A stretch of DNA of 64,000 bases, taken from assembly GCA_024654525.1 (NCBI GenBank), contig JANLHI010000032.1:64172-128171 (forward strand), written 5' to 3'. The DNA comes from Patescibacteria group bacterium (lineage in GTDB: Bacteria > Patescibacteriota > Minisyncoccia > UBA6257 > 2-01-FULL-56-20). Shown piece by piece: positions 16,670-25,798 of the stretch. Every line of letters starts with the position of its first letter. The first letter of the stretch is position 1. The notes beneath the pieces were generated by a model. The model was not told the origin of the DNA, ran no database searches, and saw nothing but the letters and a program-made list of their open reading frames with translations. Made by a program: the position numbers and the translations under genes.

Positions 16670-19169
16670 CAACGCCACCATAGTGTTTGATGATCCTCGT
16701 TTGCGCATGACGGGTGCGGGGCGTCTTCTTGTGCGCGTAACGGCATATATCTCATATCTTTTTCTTGTAGTTGCGACGGTAACACTCTTACTTTCCGATA
16801 TTACTTCTCTTCGTGCCACGGGAGCACTATTAGCTCTTTTTCTTATTGATAGGGCACGACGATCGGGATGTGGAGATTGCTCTATCAAAAAACTTTCTTC
16901 AGCCGGCACGATAAATGCGAAGCGGTGTATTTCGCCACGTACATTCGCGATTTTAGAACGTGCATTTGATAAAAGCGGTATCACACGGGTAAATGTTTTG
17001 ATTGAGGTGGCTCGGGATATACTGCGCAATTCCGAAGTGAGTGAAGGACTTTCTCGTTTGGAAGTATCTTTGAGTGATTTTGATGCGAGACTTGATGCGC
17101 TTGCGAAGAGTGATAATGCGGGAGATTCGCGTGAAGAACGAAGACGTAAGCTCGGAGCACTTGCGACCACTGCGTTTGCGCGGGCGATTAATGCGCATCA
17201 TGAATTTATTCAGCCATCCGATTTTTTTGCGGCGCTTGCATCTCAAGACGATCTTTCTCTTCAGCGGCTTTTTGGAGTTTTTTCGTTGAGTGAAGACGAT
17301 ATTGCGGCGGCAATGCTTTTCGGAGAGCTTACTCGGCACGCGGTACGTTTTCGCCCCCCCGTATCTCTTGGGGGATTCGCGAAGGTGGTTCGTCGCGGAG
17401 TGCGTCACCGTGTTATGAATAGGGCATGGACGGCTCGCCCAACTCCCACGCTTGATAGATATGGAACTGATTTTACCGATCTTGCGCGCGCAGGTTCGGT
17501 TGGTTTTCTTGTCGGACATGATGAGGAATTTTCTCGTCTCCTTGATGTGCTTGCGCGTTCCACAAGCTCCAATGCTCTTTTAGTGGGAGATGCCGGTGCA
17601 GGAAAAGAGGCAATGATTGCAAATCTTGCATTTCGACTTATTACCGATGAAGTACCCTCTTCTCTTTTTGATAAGAGATTGGTGGGGATAGATTTAAGCT
17701 TGCTTGTCGCCGGGGCATCCTCCGAAGATCTTCACGCTCGCGTTGCGGCAATTGTGGAGGAGATTACGGATGCGGGGAATATCATTCTTTATCTTCCCGA
17801 TATGCACAATCTCATCAAAACTACTTCGGCCGCCTCTCTTTCAGTTGCTGATGTGTTAATTCCCGTGTTAATGGATAATTCATTTTCTGTGGTGGGTACT
17901 ACGTATCCTCGGGATTATGCAGCGCATATAGAAACAAGGAGTGATTTTTCCGGGCTTCTTGAAGTAATTCGGGTAAATGAAATCAACGAACGCGATGCAG
18001 TTACCGTACTTATTTATGATGCGGTTATCATCGAGAGAAAGTTTCGTATGCGCGTAACGCTTGCCGCAGTAAAGAGTGCGGTTATGCTCTCAAAGAAATA
18101 TTTACGCGAAAAACTTTTACCTTCAAGTGCGAGTGAGCTTTTAAGAAATGCTCTTGCACTTGCAGAGCGTCGTGGGGAAAGCATGTTGCGAAGGGAAGAC
18201 GTGATACGTGCGATGGAGTCTCGGGTAAATGTTCCGGTACACGAGGCGACCGGGGATGAGGCACAGCGCCTCCTGCATCTTGAGGATATTATTCATGAAC
18301 GGATGATCGATCAGGATGAGGCGGTGCGTGCCGTAGCCGATGCATTGCGGGAGTATCGAAGCGGACTTTCTCGGAAAGGAGGACCTATTGCCGCTTTTCT
18401 TTTTGTGGGACCCACCGGTGTCGGGAAAACCGAGCTCGCAAAAAATCTTGCGCGAGTTCACTTCGGATCCGAGCAGATGATGGTGCGGTTCGATATGACT
18501 GAATATCAGGATGCGGAAAGTATCAGGCGTTTCATAGGTGCTCCCGACGGTAGTACGAATGGAGCACTTACGCGCGCAGTCATGGATCGTCCTTACAGCG
18601 TTATTTTGCTTGATGAATTTGAAAAGGCTCATGCGGACATCCTTAATCTTTTTTTGCAGGTATTTGATGATGGGCGTCTTACCGACAGCATAGGAAGAAC
18701 GGTGAGTTTTGAAAATACGATTCTTATTGCCACTTCCAATGCCCATTCGGACATTATTATTGATGCTTTGCGACAAGGGCAGGGAATGACGGACGTGGCG
18801 GAATATTTAAAAAGTCGATTGACCGACGTATTTCGTCCGGAGCTTATCAATAGATTTTCAAAAATCGTGGTGTTTAAAAATCTTAATATTGATGATTTGA
18901 ATAAAATTGCCGCGCTCCAGATCAAAGAAGTCGCTTTTCCGCTTGCAGAGCAGGGTATTAAATTTGAAGTTGATGCTTCGGCGATAGATCTTCTCACCAA
19001 GCAAGGATATGAGCCGGAATTTGGCGCGCGTCCTTTGCGTCGCGTAATAGAAGAGAAAATTCGAGCTCCGCTTGCGCAAGAAATTTTGAAAGGTTCGATT
19101 GTGCGAGGGGTAACGGTGAAGATTATTGCGGAGGGGGAGGAGTTCAAGTTTATTCCACGCGAACAGTAG
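16611..19169 (+). CDS. ClpA/ClpB-family AAA+ ATPase with a transmembrane N-terminus and a degenerate first nucleotide-binding domain
   Basis: NBD2 has canonical Walker A GPTGVGKTELAK and Walker B ILLDEFEKAH. NBD1 reads GDAGAGKEAMI (Thr to Glu) and LYLPDMHNLI (DE to DM). Transmembrane helix around residues 40-65. Confidence 0.8.
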   Translation: MRRGVRHLPCFFSMYSPDFSNATIVFDDPRLRMTGAGRLLVRVTAYISYLFLVVATVTLLLSDITSLRATGALLALFLIDRARRSGCGDCSIKKLSSAGTINAKRCISPRTFAILERAFDKSGITRVNVLIEVARDILRNSEVSEGLSRLEVSLSDFDARLDALAKSDNAGDSREERRRKLGALATTAFARAINAHHEFIQPSDFFAALASQDDLSLQRLFGVFSLSEDDIAAAMLFGELTRHAVRFRPPVSLGGFAKVVRRGVRHRVMNRAWTARPTPTLDRYGTDFTDLARAGSVGFLVGHDEEFSRLLDVLARSTSSNALLVGDAGAGKEAMIANLAFRLITDEVPSSLFDKRLVGIDLSLLVAGASSEDLHARVAAIVEEITDAGNIILYLPDMHNLIKTTSAASLSVADVLIPVLMDNSFSVVGTTYPRDYAAHIETRSDFSGLLEVIRVNEINERDAVTVLIYDAVIIERKFRMRVTLAAVKSAVMLSKKYLREKLLPSSASELLRNALALAERRGESMLRREDVIRAMESRVNVPVHEATGDEAQRLLHLEDIIHERMIDQDEAVRAVADALREYRSGLSRKGGPIAAFLFVGPTGVGKTELAKNLARVHFGSEQMMVRFDMTEYQDAESIRRFIGAPDGSTNGALTRAVMDRPYSVILLDEFEKAHADILNLFLQVFDDGRLTDSIGRTVSFENTILIATSNAHSDIIIDALRQGQGMTDVAEYLKSRLTDVFRPELINRFSKIVVFKNLNIDDLNKIAALQIKEVAFPLAEQGIKFEVDASAIDLLTKQGYEPEFGARPLRRVIEEKIRAPLAQEILKGSIVRGVTVKIIAEGEEFKFIPREQ

Positions 19170-19236
19170 ATAAGGTATTTATTTGTATATTGTGAGAATA
19201 TAGGAATTGGTATGGTTAATAGTGCTTAACTGTTTC

Positions 19237-20979
19237 ATGCATATAGTCTCAAACAAGGATATTGCGCGTGCGCTTGGCGGTATTGCCGAGCATCTTGAAA
19301 TGCAAGAAGTTTCTTTTAAATCTCGCGCATACGAGAAAGCCGCGGAAATAATAGAGGGAATGACGGAATCTGTTGCGAGTTTGTATGCGCAAGGGGGATT
19401 GGGTGCGCTTGAGGCTATTTCCGGTGTAGGAGCATCTCTTGCAGAGAAAATAGAGGAATTTCTCACGAAAGGGAAGATTGAGTATTATGAAGCACTTAAG
19501 AAAAAAATACCGGTGGATTTGGATTCTTTCGCGGGGATTGAAGGGTTGGGGCCAAAGAGTATTTTAAAGTTATACAAAGCGCTTAATATTAAAAATTTTG
19601 AAGATTTAGAAAGGGCTTTGCGTGTCGGGAAAGTGCGCGAAGTTACGGGGTTTGGAGAAAAGACGGAGAAAAATATTCTTGCAGGGATTGCATTTATGAA
19701 GCGATCAGCAGGACGTCTGATCGTGAGCGATGCGGTCCCTTGCGCGCGCGAACTCGAAGAAGCTCTTCGTGCGGTGAAGGGGGTGGAGCAGATTACCATT
19801 GCGGGTTCTCTTCGTCGCAGAAAAGAAACGGTGGGAGATATTGATGTACTTGCGGTGACGCATGATCCTGTTCGCCTTATGACTTTTTTTACTTCGATGC
19901 CCGGAGTGGAGAGAGTACATGCTCGCGGTAAGACAAAATCTTCCGTGCGACTTTCATTGGGAATTGACGCGGATATTCGCATAGTGCCGCCGGAATCTTA
20001 TGGTGCGGCGCTCAACTATTTTACCGGTTCGAAAAATCATAATATTGCATTGCGTCGGATTGCGGTCAAAAAAGGGCTTACGCTGAACGAATATGGATTG
20101 TATAAAGGAAACGCGCGTGTGGCAGGTGAAACGGAGGAAGGGATATACGAGGCGCTTGGGATTGAATATGTGGAGCCGGAGTTGCGTGAAGATAAAGGAG
20201 AGATTGAAGCGGCCACTCGACACGTTCAGGGTAAGATGCCAGGACTTCCGAAGCTTATCGGGTATGACGACTTACAGGGTGATTTACAAATGCATTCTAC
20301 GTGGACTGATGGTAAGTATTCGATTGAAGATATGGCACGTGGTGCTGCAGCGCGAGGAATGAAATACATTGCAATCACCGATCACACCAAGCGTCTTGCA
20401 ATGACACACGGACTTGATGAGAAACGTATTAAAGATCAATGGAAAGAAATTGATTCCATAAACAAGAAAATGAAAGGTGTTATCACGGTGCTCAAGGGCA
20501 CCGAGTGCGATATTTTAAAAGACGGTTCGCTCGATTTTTCTGATGATATATTGTCGAAACTTGATATAGTGGGTGTGTCGGTGCATTCCTATTTTAATCT
20601 TACGCGCAAAGAGCAAACGGAACGTATTGAGAGAGCAATGCGGAATCCTCATGTGGATATTCTTTTCCATCCTACGGGGCGCATAATTGGGAAGCGTGAT
20701 GGGTATGATGTCGACATGGGGAAAATAATAGATATTGCGAAAGAGACGGGGACAGCGCTTGAAGTGGACTCTTTCGATCGTTTGGATTTGAAAGATGAAT
20801 ATGTTCGAGAGTGCGTCAAGAAAGAAGTTCGTTTTTCCATTGATTCCGATGCGCATGCGCCAGTCCATTTCGAGTATCTTGAATATGGAATTGCACAGGC
20901 GCGGCGTGGTTGGGCGACAAAAAAAGATGTTCTCAATGCGTGGCCATTGGAAAAGATGCTCGGATTTTTGAAGAAATAA
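19237..20979 (+). CDS. DNA polymerase X family protein with a C-terminal PHP domain
   Basis: HhH motifs (GIEGLGPKS). Pol-beta-like nucleotidyltransferase GDIDVLAV. PHP histidines (HSTWTDG, ITDHT). Confidence 0.85.
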   Translation: MHIVSNKDIARALGGIAEHLEMQEVSFKSRAYEKAAEIIEGMTESVASLYAQGGLGALEAISGVGASLAEKIEEFLTKGKIEYYEALKKKIPVDLDSFAGIEGLGPKSILKLYKALNIKNFEDLERALRVGKVREVTGFGEKTEKNILAGIAFMKRSAGRLIVSDAVPCARELEEALRAVKGVEQITIAGSLRRRKETVGDIDVLAVTHDPVRLMTFFTSMPGVERVHARGKTKSSVRLSLGIDADIRIVPPESYGAALNYFTGSKNHNIALRRIAVKKGLTLNEYGLYKGNARVAGETEEGIYEALGIEYVEPELREDKGEIEAATRHVQGKMPGLPKLIGYDDLQGDLQMHSTWTDGKYSIEDMARGAAARGMKYIAITDHTKRLAMTHGLDEKRIKDQWKEIDSINKKMKGVITVLKGTECDILKDGSLDFSDDILSKLDIVGVSVHSYFNLTRKEQTERIERAMRNPHVDILFHPTGRIIGKRDGYDVDMGKIIDIAKETGTALEVDSFDRLDLKDEYVRECVKKEVRFSIDSDAHAPVHFEYLEYGIAQARRGWATKKDVLNAWPLEKMLGFLKK

Positions 20980-21176
20980 ACAGTGTATTCGCTATAATAG
21001 CCAAATGAATAGGGATGGGGACGGGTATGAATGGTGTATACTTATTAACAAATGAATCCTTCCTCGTATGCGTATGAGGATAGGAAAGGTGGTGAGTATA
21101 GTATCGGTATATCGCAGGGCGCACATGAGGCGCAACTTTTCGGATTGGAAGGTCTAAATAAATACGCTGTTACCAC

Positions 21177-21716
21177 ATGAAAAAAGAGATTTCCGCGGGT
21201 ATCATCGCATACCGAAAAACCAAAGAAGGTCCTAAATTTCTTATCCTGTATCACGGGCATGATTATTGGAATTTCCCCAAAGGGAAAATCGAATCGGAAG
21301 AGGGAAACATGGCCGCTGCGTTTCGTGAGATGAGAGAAGAAACGGGTATCGCTTCGCGCGATCTTCATCTTGCCAATAATTTTAAGGTGTATGAACGGTT
21401 TTCGTTCAGACGAGAGGGGCAACCGATATTTAAAATAGTCATCTTTTATCTTGCAGAAACTATGGTGGAAACGATAAAAGTTTCATCGGAACATCAGGGG
21501 TACGCTTGGTTTTTGTACAATGAGGCGCGTAAAGTGATGGGAAAACATCGCGATAGTCAGCGAGTGTTGCGACAGGCGTATGAGTTTCTTCGGTATCGGC
21601 GACAACCGGGAGTTCAATCTCCAACAAGTAATATGTCTCCAAAACCTCACTTTACGAAAAGACGGCCTCCTGCCGTTCCGCGATTACCGGTTCATGGCCC
21701 GAAACAATCAGCATGA
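21177..21716 (+). CDS. NUDIX hydrolase
   Basis: Nudix box GKIESEEGNMAAAFREMREETGI. Confidence 0.8.
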   Translation: MKKEISAGIIAYRKTKEGPKFLILYHGHDYWNFPKGKIESEEGNMAAAFREMREETGIASRDLHLANNFKVYERFSFRREGQPIFKIVIFYLAETMVETIKVSSEHQGYAWFLYNEARKVMGKHRDSQRVLRQAYEFLRYRRQPGVQSPTSNMSPKPHFTKRRPPAVPRLPVHGPKQSA

Positions 21717-21729
21717 CCTACAATATAAG

Positions 21730-21753
21730 AACCCCGTTTCTCGGGGTTTTTAT
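21730..21753. terminator. Rho-independent terminator between the convergent NUDIX gene and rplT
   Basis: AACCCCG-TTTCTC-GGGGTT followed by TTTTTAT. Confidence 0.6.
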
Positions 21754-21759
21754 ATTGGG

Positions 21760-22104
21760 TTATTTTACGAACTGCACTACCTTCTTGAACACTTCGGGAT
21801 TTTTCATGGCGAGGTCGGAAAGAATTTTTCTGTCCAGCTTCACCTCTTTTTTCTTGAGTGCCGAGATTAATGCGCTATATGACATTTTTTCCTCGCGTGC
21901 TGCGGCGTTAATGCGTACATTCCATAATGCTCGGAATGTTCGCTTTTTTTCTTTTCTCCCACGGAATGCGTGGGTCCACGCATGAAGCAACGCTTCTTTT
22001 GCGGCTCGTTTTTTTGATTTACGCCCCCAACGAAAGCCTTTAGTGCTCTTTAAAATTTTCTCTCTTCGTTTGTGACCACTTACTCCGCGTTTAACTCGTG
22101 GCAT
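21760..22104 (-). CDS. rplT: 50S ribosomal protein L20
   Basis: MPRVKRGVSGHKRREKILKSTKGFRG. Typical L20 N-terminus and size. Confidence 0.9.
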   Translation of the reverse strand: MPRVKRGVSGHKRREKILKSTKGFRWGRKSKKRAAKEALLHAWTHAFRGRKEKKRTFRALWNVRINAAAREEKMSYSALISALKKKEVKLDRKILSDLAMKNPEVFKKVVQFVK

Positions 22105-22107
22105 GGT

Positions 22108-22287
22108 TTAATACGCTACTATTTTTTTCAATGGATAGTCAAGTGAGCGCGACCTTCGCTTGTTCATGATATTCTTATTAGTTTGGCGTGTGCGAAAATG
22201 ATTTACTCTCATTGAACGACGGACAATCTTGCCGTTTTTAGTGATAGTAATCCTGTTTTGCACGCTTTTAGATGTTTTTGTCTTCAT
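22108..22287 (-). CDS. rpmI: 50S ribosomal protein L35
   Basis: MKTKTSKSVQNRITITKNGKIVRR... Small basic protein in the infC-rpmI-rplT arrangement. Start taken at the internal Met. Confidence 0.75.
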   Translation of the reverse strand: MKTKTSKSVQNRITITKNGKIVRRSMRVNHFRTRQTNKNIMNKRRSRSLDYPLKKIVAY

Positions 22288-22300
22288 AGTACGTAGCTTG

Positions 22301-22822
22301 TTATGAGGCGCTTTCCGGTTTTTTGATAATATGGAGTCCCAATCCACGTCCTCCAAACTGCGGTGTGTCTATTTGCTTGTATTCCACCGTGATCATACTC
22401 AGAAATTGTTGCAGACGTTCCATCGCCCATGGTTTATTATATTTTTCACGGCCTCTCAATCGAAGCTGTATCTCTACTTGGCAATTTTCGGAAAGGAACT
22501 TGTCGGTTTGTTTTGACTTGACTAAGAGGTCATTTTTCTGAGCGCGAGCGCTTACTTGTATTTGTTTGAATTCGTTCTTTACGCGCGCCTGTCGTTCCTT
22601 CTTTTTTTGTTTCTCAAGTTCGTATCGATACTTATCAAAACTCATAAGGCGGGCGACGGGAGGCTGTGCGCTTGGAACTATTTCAATAAGATCAATGCCC
22701 TTTTCGGGTTGCGCAAGTTTCAGTGCCTCGTCCCGCGACATTACGCCGAGGTTTTTTCCTTCGGCATCAATTATGCGGAGCTGTTGCGCGACTATTTTAC
22801 TGTTGATACGAGGAGTAATAAT
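22301..22822 (-). CDS. infC: Translation initiation factor IF-3 with a non-AUG (AUU/AUA) start codon
   Basis: The in-frame translation upstream of the annotated Met reads IITPRINSKIVAQQLRIIDAEGKNLGV, which is the conserved IF-3 N-domain. The first in-frame stop upstream is TAG, followed by TAT TTC ATA TCT ATT ATT. C-domain motifs present. Confidence 0.8.
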   Translation of the reverse strand: MITPRINSKIVAQQLRIIDAEGKNLGVMSRDEALKLAQPEKGIDLIEIVPSAQPPVARLMSFDKYRYELEKQKKKERQARVKNEFKQIQVSARAQKNDLLVKSKQTDKFLSENCQVEIQLRLRGREKYNKPWAMERLQQFLSMITVEYKQIDTPQFGGRGLGLHIIKKPESAS

Positions 22823-22931
22823 AGATATGAAATACTACTGCGCTTTCTGAAGCACGCTCTATCATACCGTATCGGTTTGCATGTGTCAAAATATTGCAGT
22901 ATCGGAAGGGGAGTATGATAATGTGGGAGGA

Positions 22932-23741
22932 ATGGATATAGATATGCTTGCGATGAGGGTGCTTAAAAGCTCTAAATACCGGCATGTAACGCCGGAGCTT
23001 GTTGCACGGCTTTGTCGGGTGGAAGTCGAGAAATATAAGGACGGGAAGGATCATGATAAAGATGTGCTCAAGGCGGTTAAAAACAAACTACATCAGGTTG
23101 TCGGAGCGTTTATCGAAGGACGCCCCGATTATAAGAAAGCCCTTCGCATAATCCGCGCCGAAGCGAAAGACATGGATGACGCGCGTGTGCGTACGGCGCT
23201 TGCCACAGCAATGCGACTGCATGCTTCTACGCGTGAACGTTTTCCATTTCTCGACACGTTTTATAAAGAGGTGTTTCGTGATGTGGTGCAACCCACGCGT
23301 ATTCTTGATCTTGCGTGCGGGTTAAATCCACTTGCGCGTCCATGGATGCATATCTCCGATGAAGCGGAATATCTTGCGTGTGATGCACTTTCTGACATGA
23401 CGGAGTTTAATGGCGCGGTATTTGAGGCGCTCGGATGGAAGGGGCATTCATTTACTCTTGATCTTTTGAGCGACAAGCCTCTTCCCACTGCGGATGTGGT
23501 GCTACTTTTGAAAACCCTTCCGTGTCTTGAGCAGGTGGAGAGCGGTGTAAGTGCACGCATTCTTGCGCGCATCAACGCGCCCCGCGTGGTAGTATCATTT
23601 CCGGGAAAAAGTTTGAGTGGGCGTGAAAAAGGAATGAAAGAAAATTATACTACTCGTTTTCTTGAAGTGCTTAAGGGAACCGGATGGATGCAGGAGAATT
23701 TGGTGATAGGGGAGGAGCTTGTATTCCTGCTTTCGCGTTAA
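22932..23741 (+). CDS. 16S rRNA (guanine1405-N7)-methyltransferase, ArmA/Rmt (FmrO) family
   Basis: Blocks recalled from ArmA/RmtB: SKKYR, KLHQ..G, LHASTRER..LD.FY..VF, ILDLACGLNPLA, VVLLLK.LP.LEQ, VSFP.KSLSGREKGM.ENY, IGEEL. Confidence 0.8.
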   Translation: MDIDMLAMRVLKSSKYRHVTPELVARLCRVEVEKYKDGKDHDKDVLKAVKNKLHQVVGAFIEGRPDYKKALRIIRAEAKDMDDARVRTALATAMRLHASTRERFPFLDTFYKEVFRDVVQPTRILDLACGLNPLARPWMHISDEAEYLACDALSDMTEFNGAVFEALGWKGHSFTLDLLSDKPLPTADVVLLLKTLPCLEQVESGVSARILARINAPRVVVSFPGKSLSGREKGMKENYTTRFLEVLKGTGWMQENLVIGEELVFLLSR

Positions 23742-24307
23742 CGCAATACCGCACTCCCGAATGGTACCGAGAATGCACGGCACCATATCCATACCTCATT
23801 GTAGTCGGTGATATCTATAGTGTCGGGGATTTCATAATTTTGACTTCCGATGTTTCCCTTGAGCGCGGCGAGTTGCGCTTCCGGTGCATAGCTTCCGTTT
23901 TTTCCGAGATATACAAACACGTCTGGGCCGTTTGTTACTTTGAAATCACCTTCAAAACGGATGTAATGCGTTGTGCCTATTTTAAGGAGCGTTGCGGTTC
24001 CTTCCGCATTGTGTCCCGCGAGTCCTATGAATGTCCCTTTTGCAAGTGTCTCAAGTACGCCGTTTTTAGGAGTGGTTTCTTGAATAACTGGTGTGATAGG
24101 TGTTTTTTCTGATATGACCGCTGTGTTTTCTTGTGTGGGCGTGGAAGTAGTCGTTGCGGTTGGTATAGATTTTGTATTTATAGGGGTCATGGCAATATCT
24201 TCCAATGATTCATCCACAATATTGTTGATAAAAAGAGGTGAGATGAGCCAGTATGCAACCACGATGATGATAACTATAGATATTCCGAGTACGATTTTCT
24301 TTGTCAT
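23738..24307 (-). CDS. DM13-domain protein with an N-terminal transmembrane anchor and a Thr/Pro-rich linker
   Basis: Transmembrane helix at residues 5-25. Linker TATTTSTPTQENT. C-terminal DM13-like GTATLLKIGTTHYIRFEGDFKVTNGPDVFVYL. Confidence 0.65.
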   Translation of the reverse strand: MTKKIVLGISIVIIIVVAYWLISPLFINNIVDESLEDIAMTPINTKSIPTATTTSTPTQENTAVISEKTPITPVIQETTPKNGVLETLAKGTFIGLAGHNAEGTATLLKIGTTHYIRFEGDFKVTNGPDVFVYLGKNGSYAPEAQLAALKGNIGSQNYEIPDTIDITDYNEVWIWCRAFSVPFGSAVLR

Positions 24308-24351
24308 AAAAACATTATTAGCTTAAATAAGATGTGATGTAGATAATATTT

Positions 24352-25173
24352 TTATGGTATCGCAATAACAAAACTTGATGAAGCAACATCTACACAATAG
24401 CCGATTGGGTCTGTACTCCTATAACCTCTCACGATTACTCTGTATTCTCCCGTTGGCACCGAATCGGGAACTTCAAACGCCACTTCCGTATCCGACCACG
24501 AATTAATGAGGGGGATAGGGATGCTTAAATCGTTGATAAGAGGGTATCCCCGAATGAATATCGAGGACGATCCCGGATTATTGGTACAGAATCCCGTACC
24601 GGTGATAGTAAATAAACGAGGGTTTGATGTGGATGTCGCTACGACGGGAGTTGAGGTGGATACTTCAAGCGTATCCAAAGTTGATGTTGCCGAAGAAGTT
24701 GCGAGAGTAAGCTCGGTTGAAGTGGCTATAGTATTTTCTGAAATATCTGTAGTAGTAGAGGTGGGCGTAGATGAAGAATTAGACATGGAAAAGGAAGAAG
24801 AAGCGAGTGTGTTTTCAAGAGAAAGAGTTGATGATGTTTCTTCTAAAGCCGTTGAAAGAACTTCTATAACCGCCGATGTTGTTTCTGTGAGTGTTGAGGC
24901 AACGGTAGAAGTTTCTACGAGAGGTTCTAAAATTATGGTTACTTGTTTGAATAAGAAAAACGGGAGTGGATCCGCTTCGATCGCAGAGAGGGGCGAGGAT
25001 GATTGAGAAGATGTTGATGATGGAGAGAGAGGTGTGGAAGTTGTTGTGGTAGAAGGGGTTGCTGTTGATGTGCTTGTGTGTGGAGGCGGGGGAGTGAGCC
25101 ACCCCCCTACAAGTATTATTGGGGCGATCAGCACGGCGATGATTTTTCCGACTATACCACTCAAGAAATTCAT
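24352..25173 (-). CDS. Stalked surface protein paralog 1: transmembrane anchor, Ser/Thr-rich linker, C-terminal two-cysteine Ig-like domain
   Basis: N-terminal transmembrane helix. About 150 aa of S/T low-complexity sequence. C-terminal FTITGTGFC...GYP...SW...PDSVPTGEYRVIVRGY...GYC, shared with ORFs 25799-26599 and 26620-27303. Confidence 0.7.
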   Translation of the reverse strand: MNFLSGIVGKIIAVLIAPIILVGGWLTPPPPHTSTSTATPSTTTTSTPLSPSSTSSQSSSPLSAIEADPLPFFLFKQVTIILEPLVETSTVASTLTETTSAVIEVLSTALEETSSTLSLENTLASSSFSMSNSSSTPTSTTTDISENTIATSTELTLATSSATSTLDTLEVSTSTPVVATSTSNPRLFTITGTGFCTNNPGSSSIFIRGYPLINDLSIPIPLINSWSDTEVAFEVPDSVPTGEYRVIVRGYRSTDPIGYCVDVASSSFVIAIP

Positions 25174-25401
25174 TTTAATTTATTGTACCTTATTTCCGCT
25201 GGTGAATCTGTGCGTGTATCACTGCATCTTCTGCGCGGATACTACCCGTCCCAAGCGGTTTATTTCCCGGGAGATGATACTCTCACTTCTTACGCTCCAT
25301 TCTCGAATCCCACGCCAATTATTGACAATAGAGCAAAATATAGTATTCTATTTTCCACGGGCCTCTGCCTCGCTGAAGCGAGGTTACGGTCTCGCAAAAG
25401 C

Positions 25402-25750
25402 GGGGATGATCGGCTTTGATGGAGCTGGAATGCATACCTGCGAGCCGAGTGTGAATCTCGCAAACTTCACAAACCTATTAACTGACAACTCAAAAGTTGC
25501 AGCTCCGGCATTCGCCTACGCGTAATGCTGCTTGCTCGCCAAAACTTTAGTGGCGGCGGGGAGGATCGTGCCATCGGTGTCTCTTCGGTGAATCACGGTC
25601 TTATATAAGGAGGCTCGTCTCATAGTGGTTACTCTGTGCCCTATGGGATTAAAGTACATGGAGTATTCGTACTACTTTGTAGCACTACGCTCGTAGAGGG
25701 TATGTGTCACCCAGTTTCAGACGAGGGTTCAATTCCCTCCATCTCCACCA
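25402..25750 (+). ncRNA. ssrA: tmRNA (ssrA)
   Basis: 5' GGGGATG pairs with 3' CATCTCCACCA. tRNA-like T-arm GAGGGTTCAATTCCCTC. Internal tag ORF GCA AAC TTC ... GCC TAC GCG TAA. Length about 349 nt. Confidence 0.85.
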
Positions 25751-25755
25751 ACAAG

Positions 25756-25784
25756 AACTCCGCGCATGCGGAGTTTTCTTTTGG
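25756..25784 (+). terminator. Rho-independent terminator after ssrA
   Basis: AACTCCGC-GCAT-GCGGAGTT followed by TTCTTTT. Confidence 0.7.
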
Positions 25785-25798
25785 TACACTATAGAGTA

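Noticed and set aside
25034-25525. ORFs 25034-25525(+), 25078-25419(+) and 25685-25963(-) across the tmRNA gene.
   Set aside because: The region folds as tmRNA (acceptor pairing, T-arm, tag ORF, CCA, terminator). Protein-coding is not supported.
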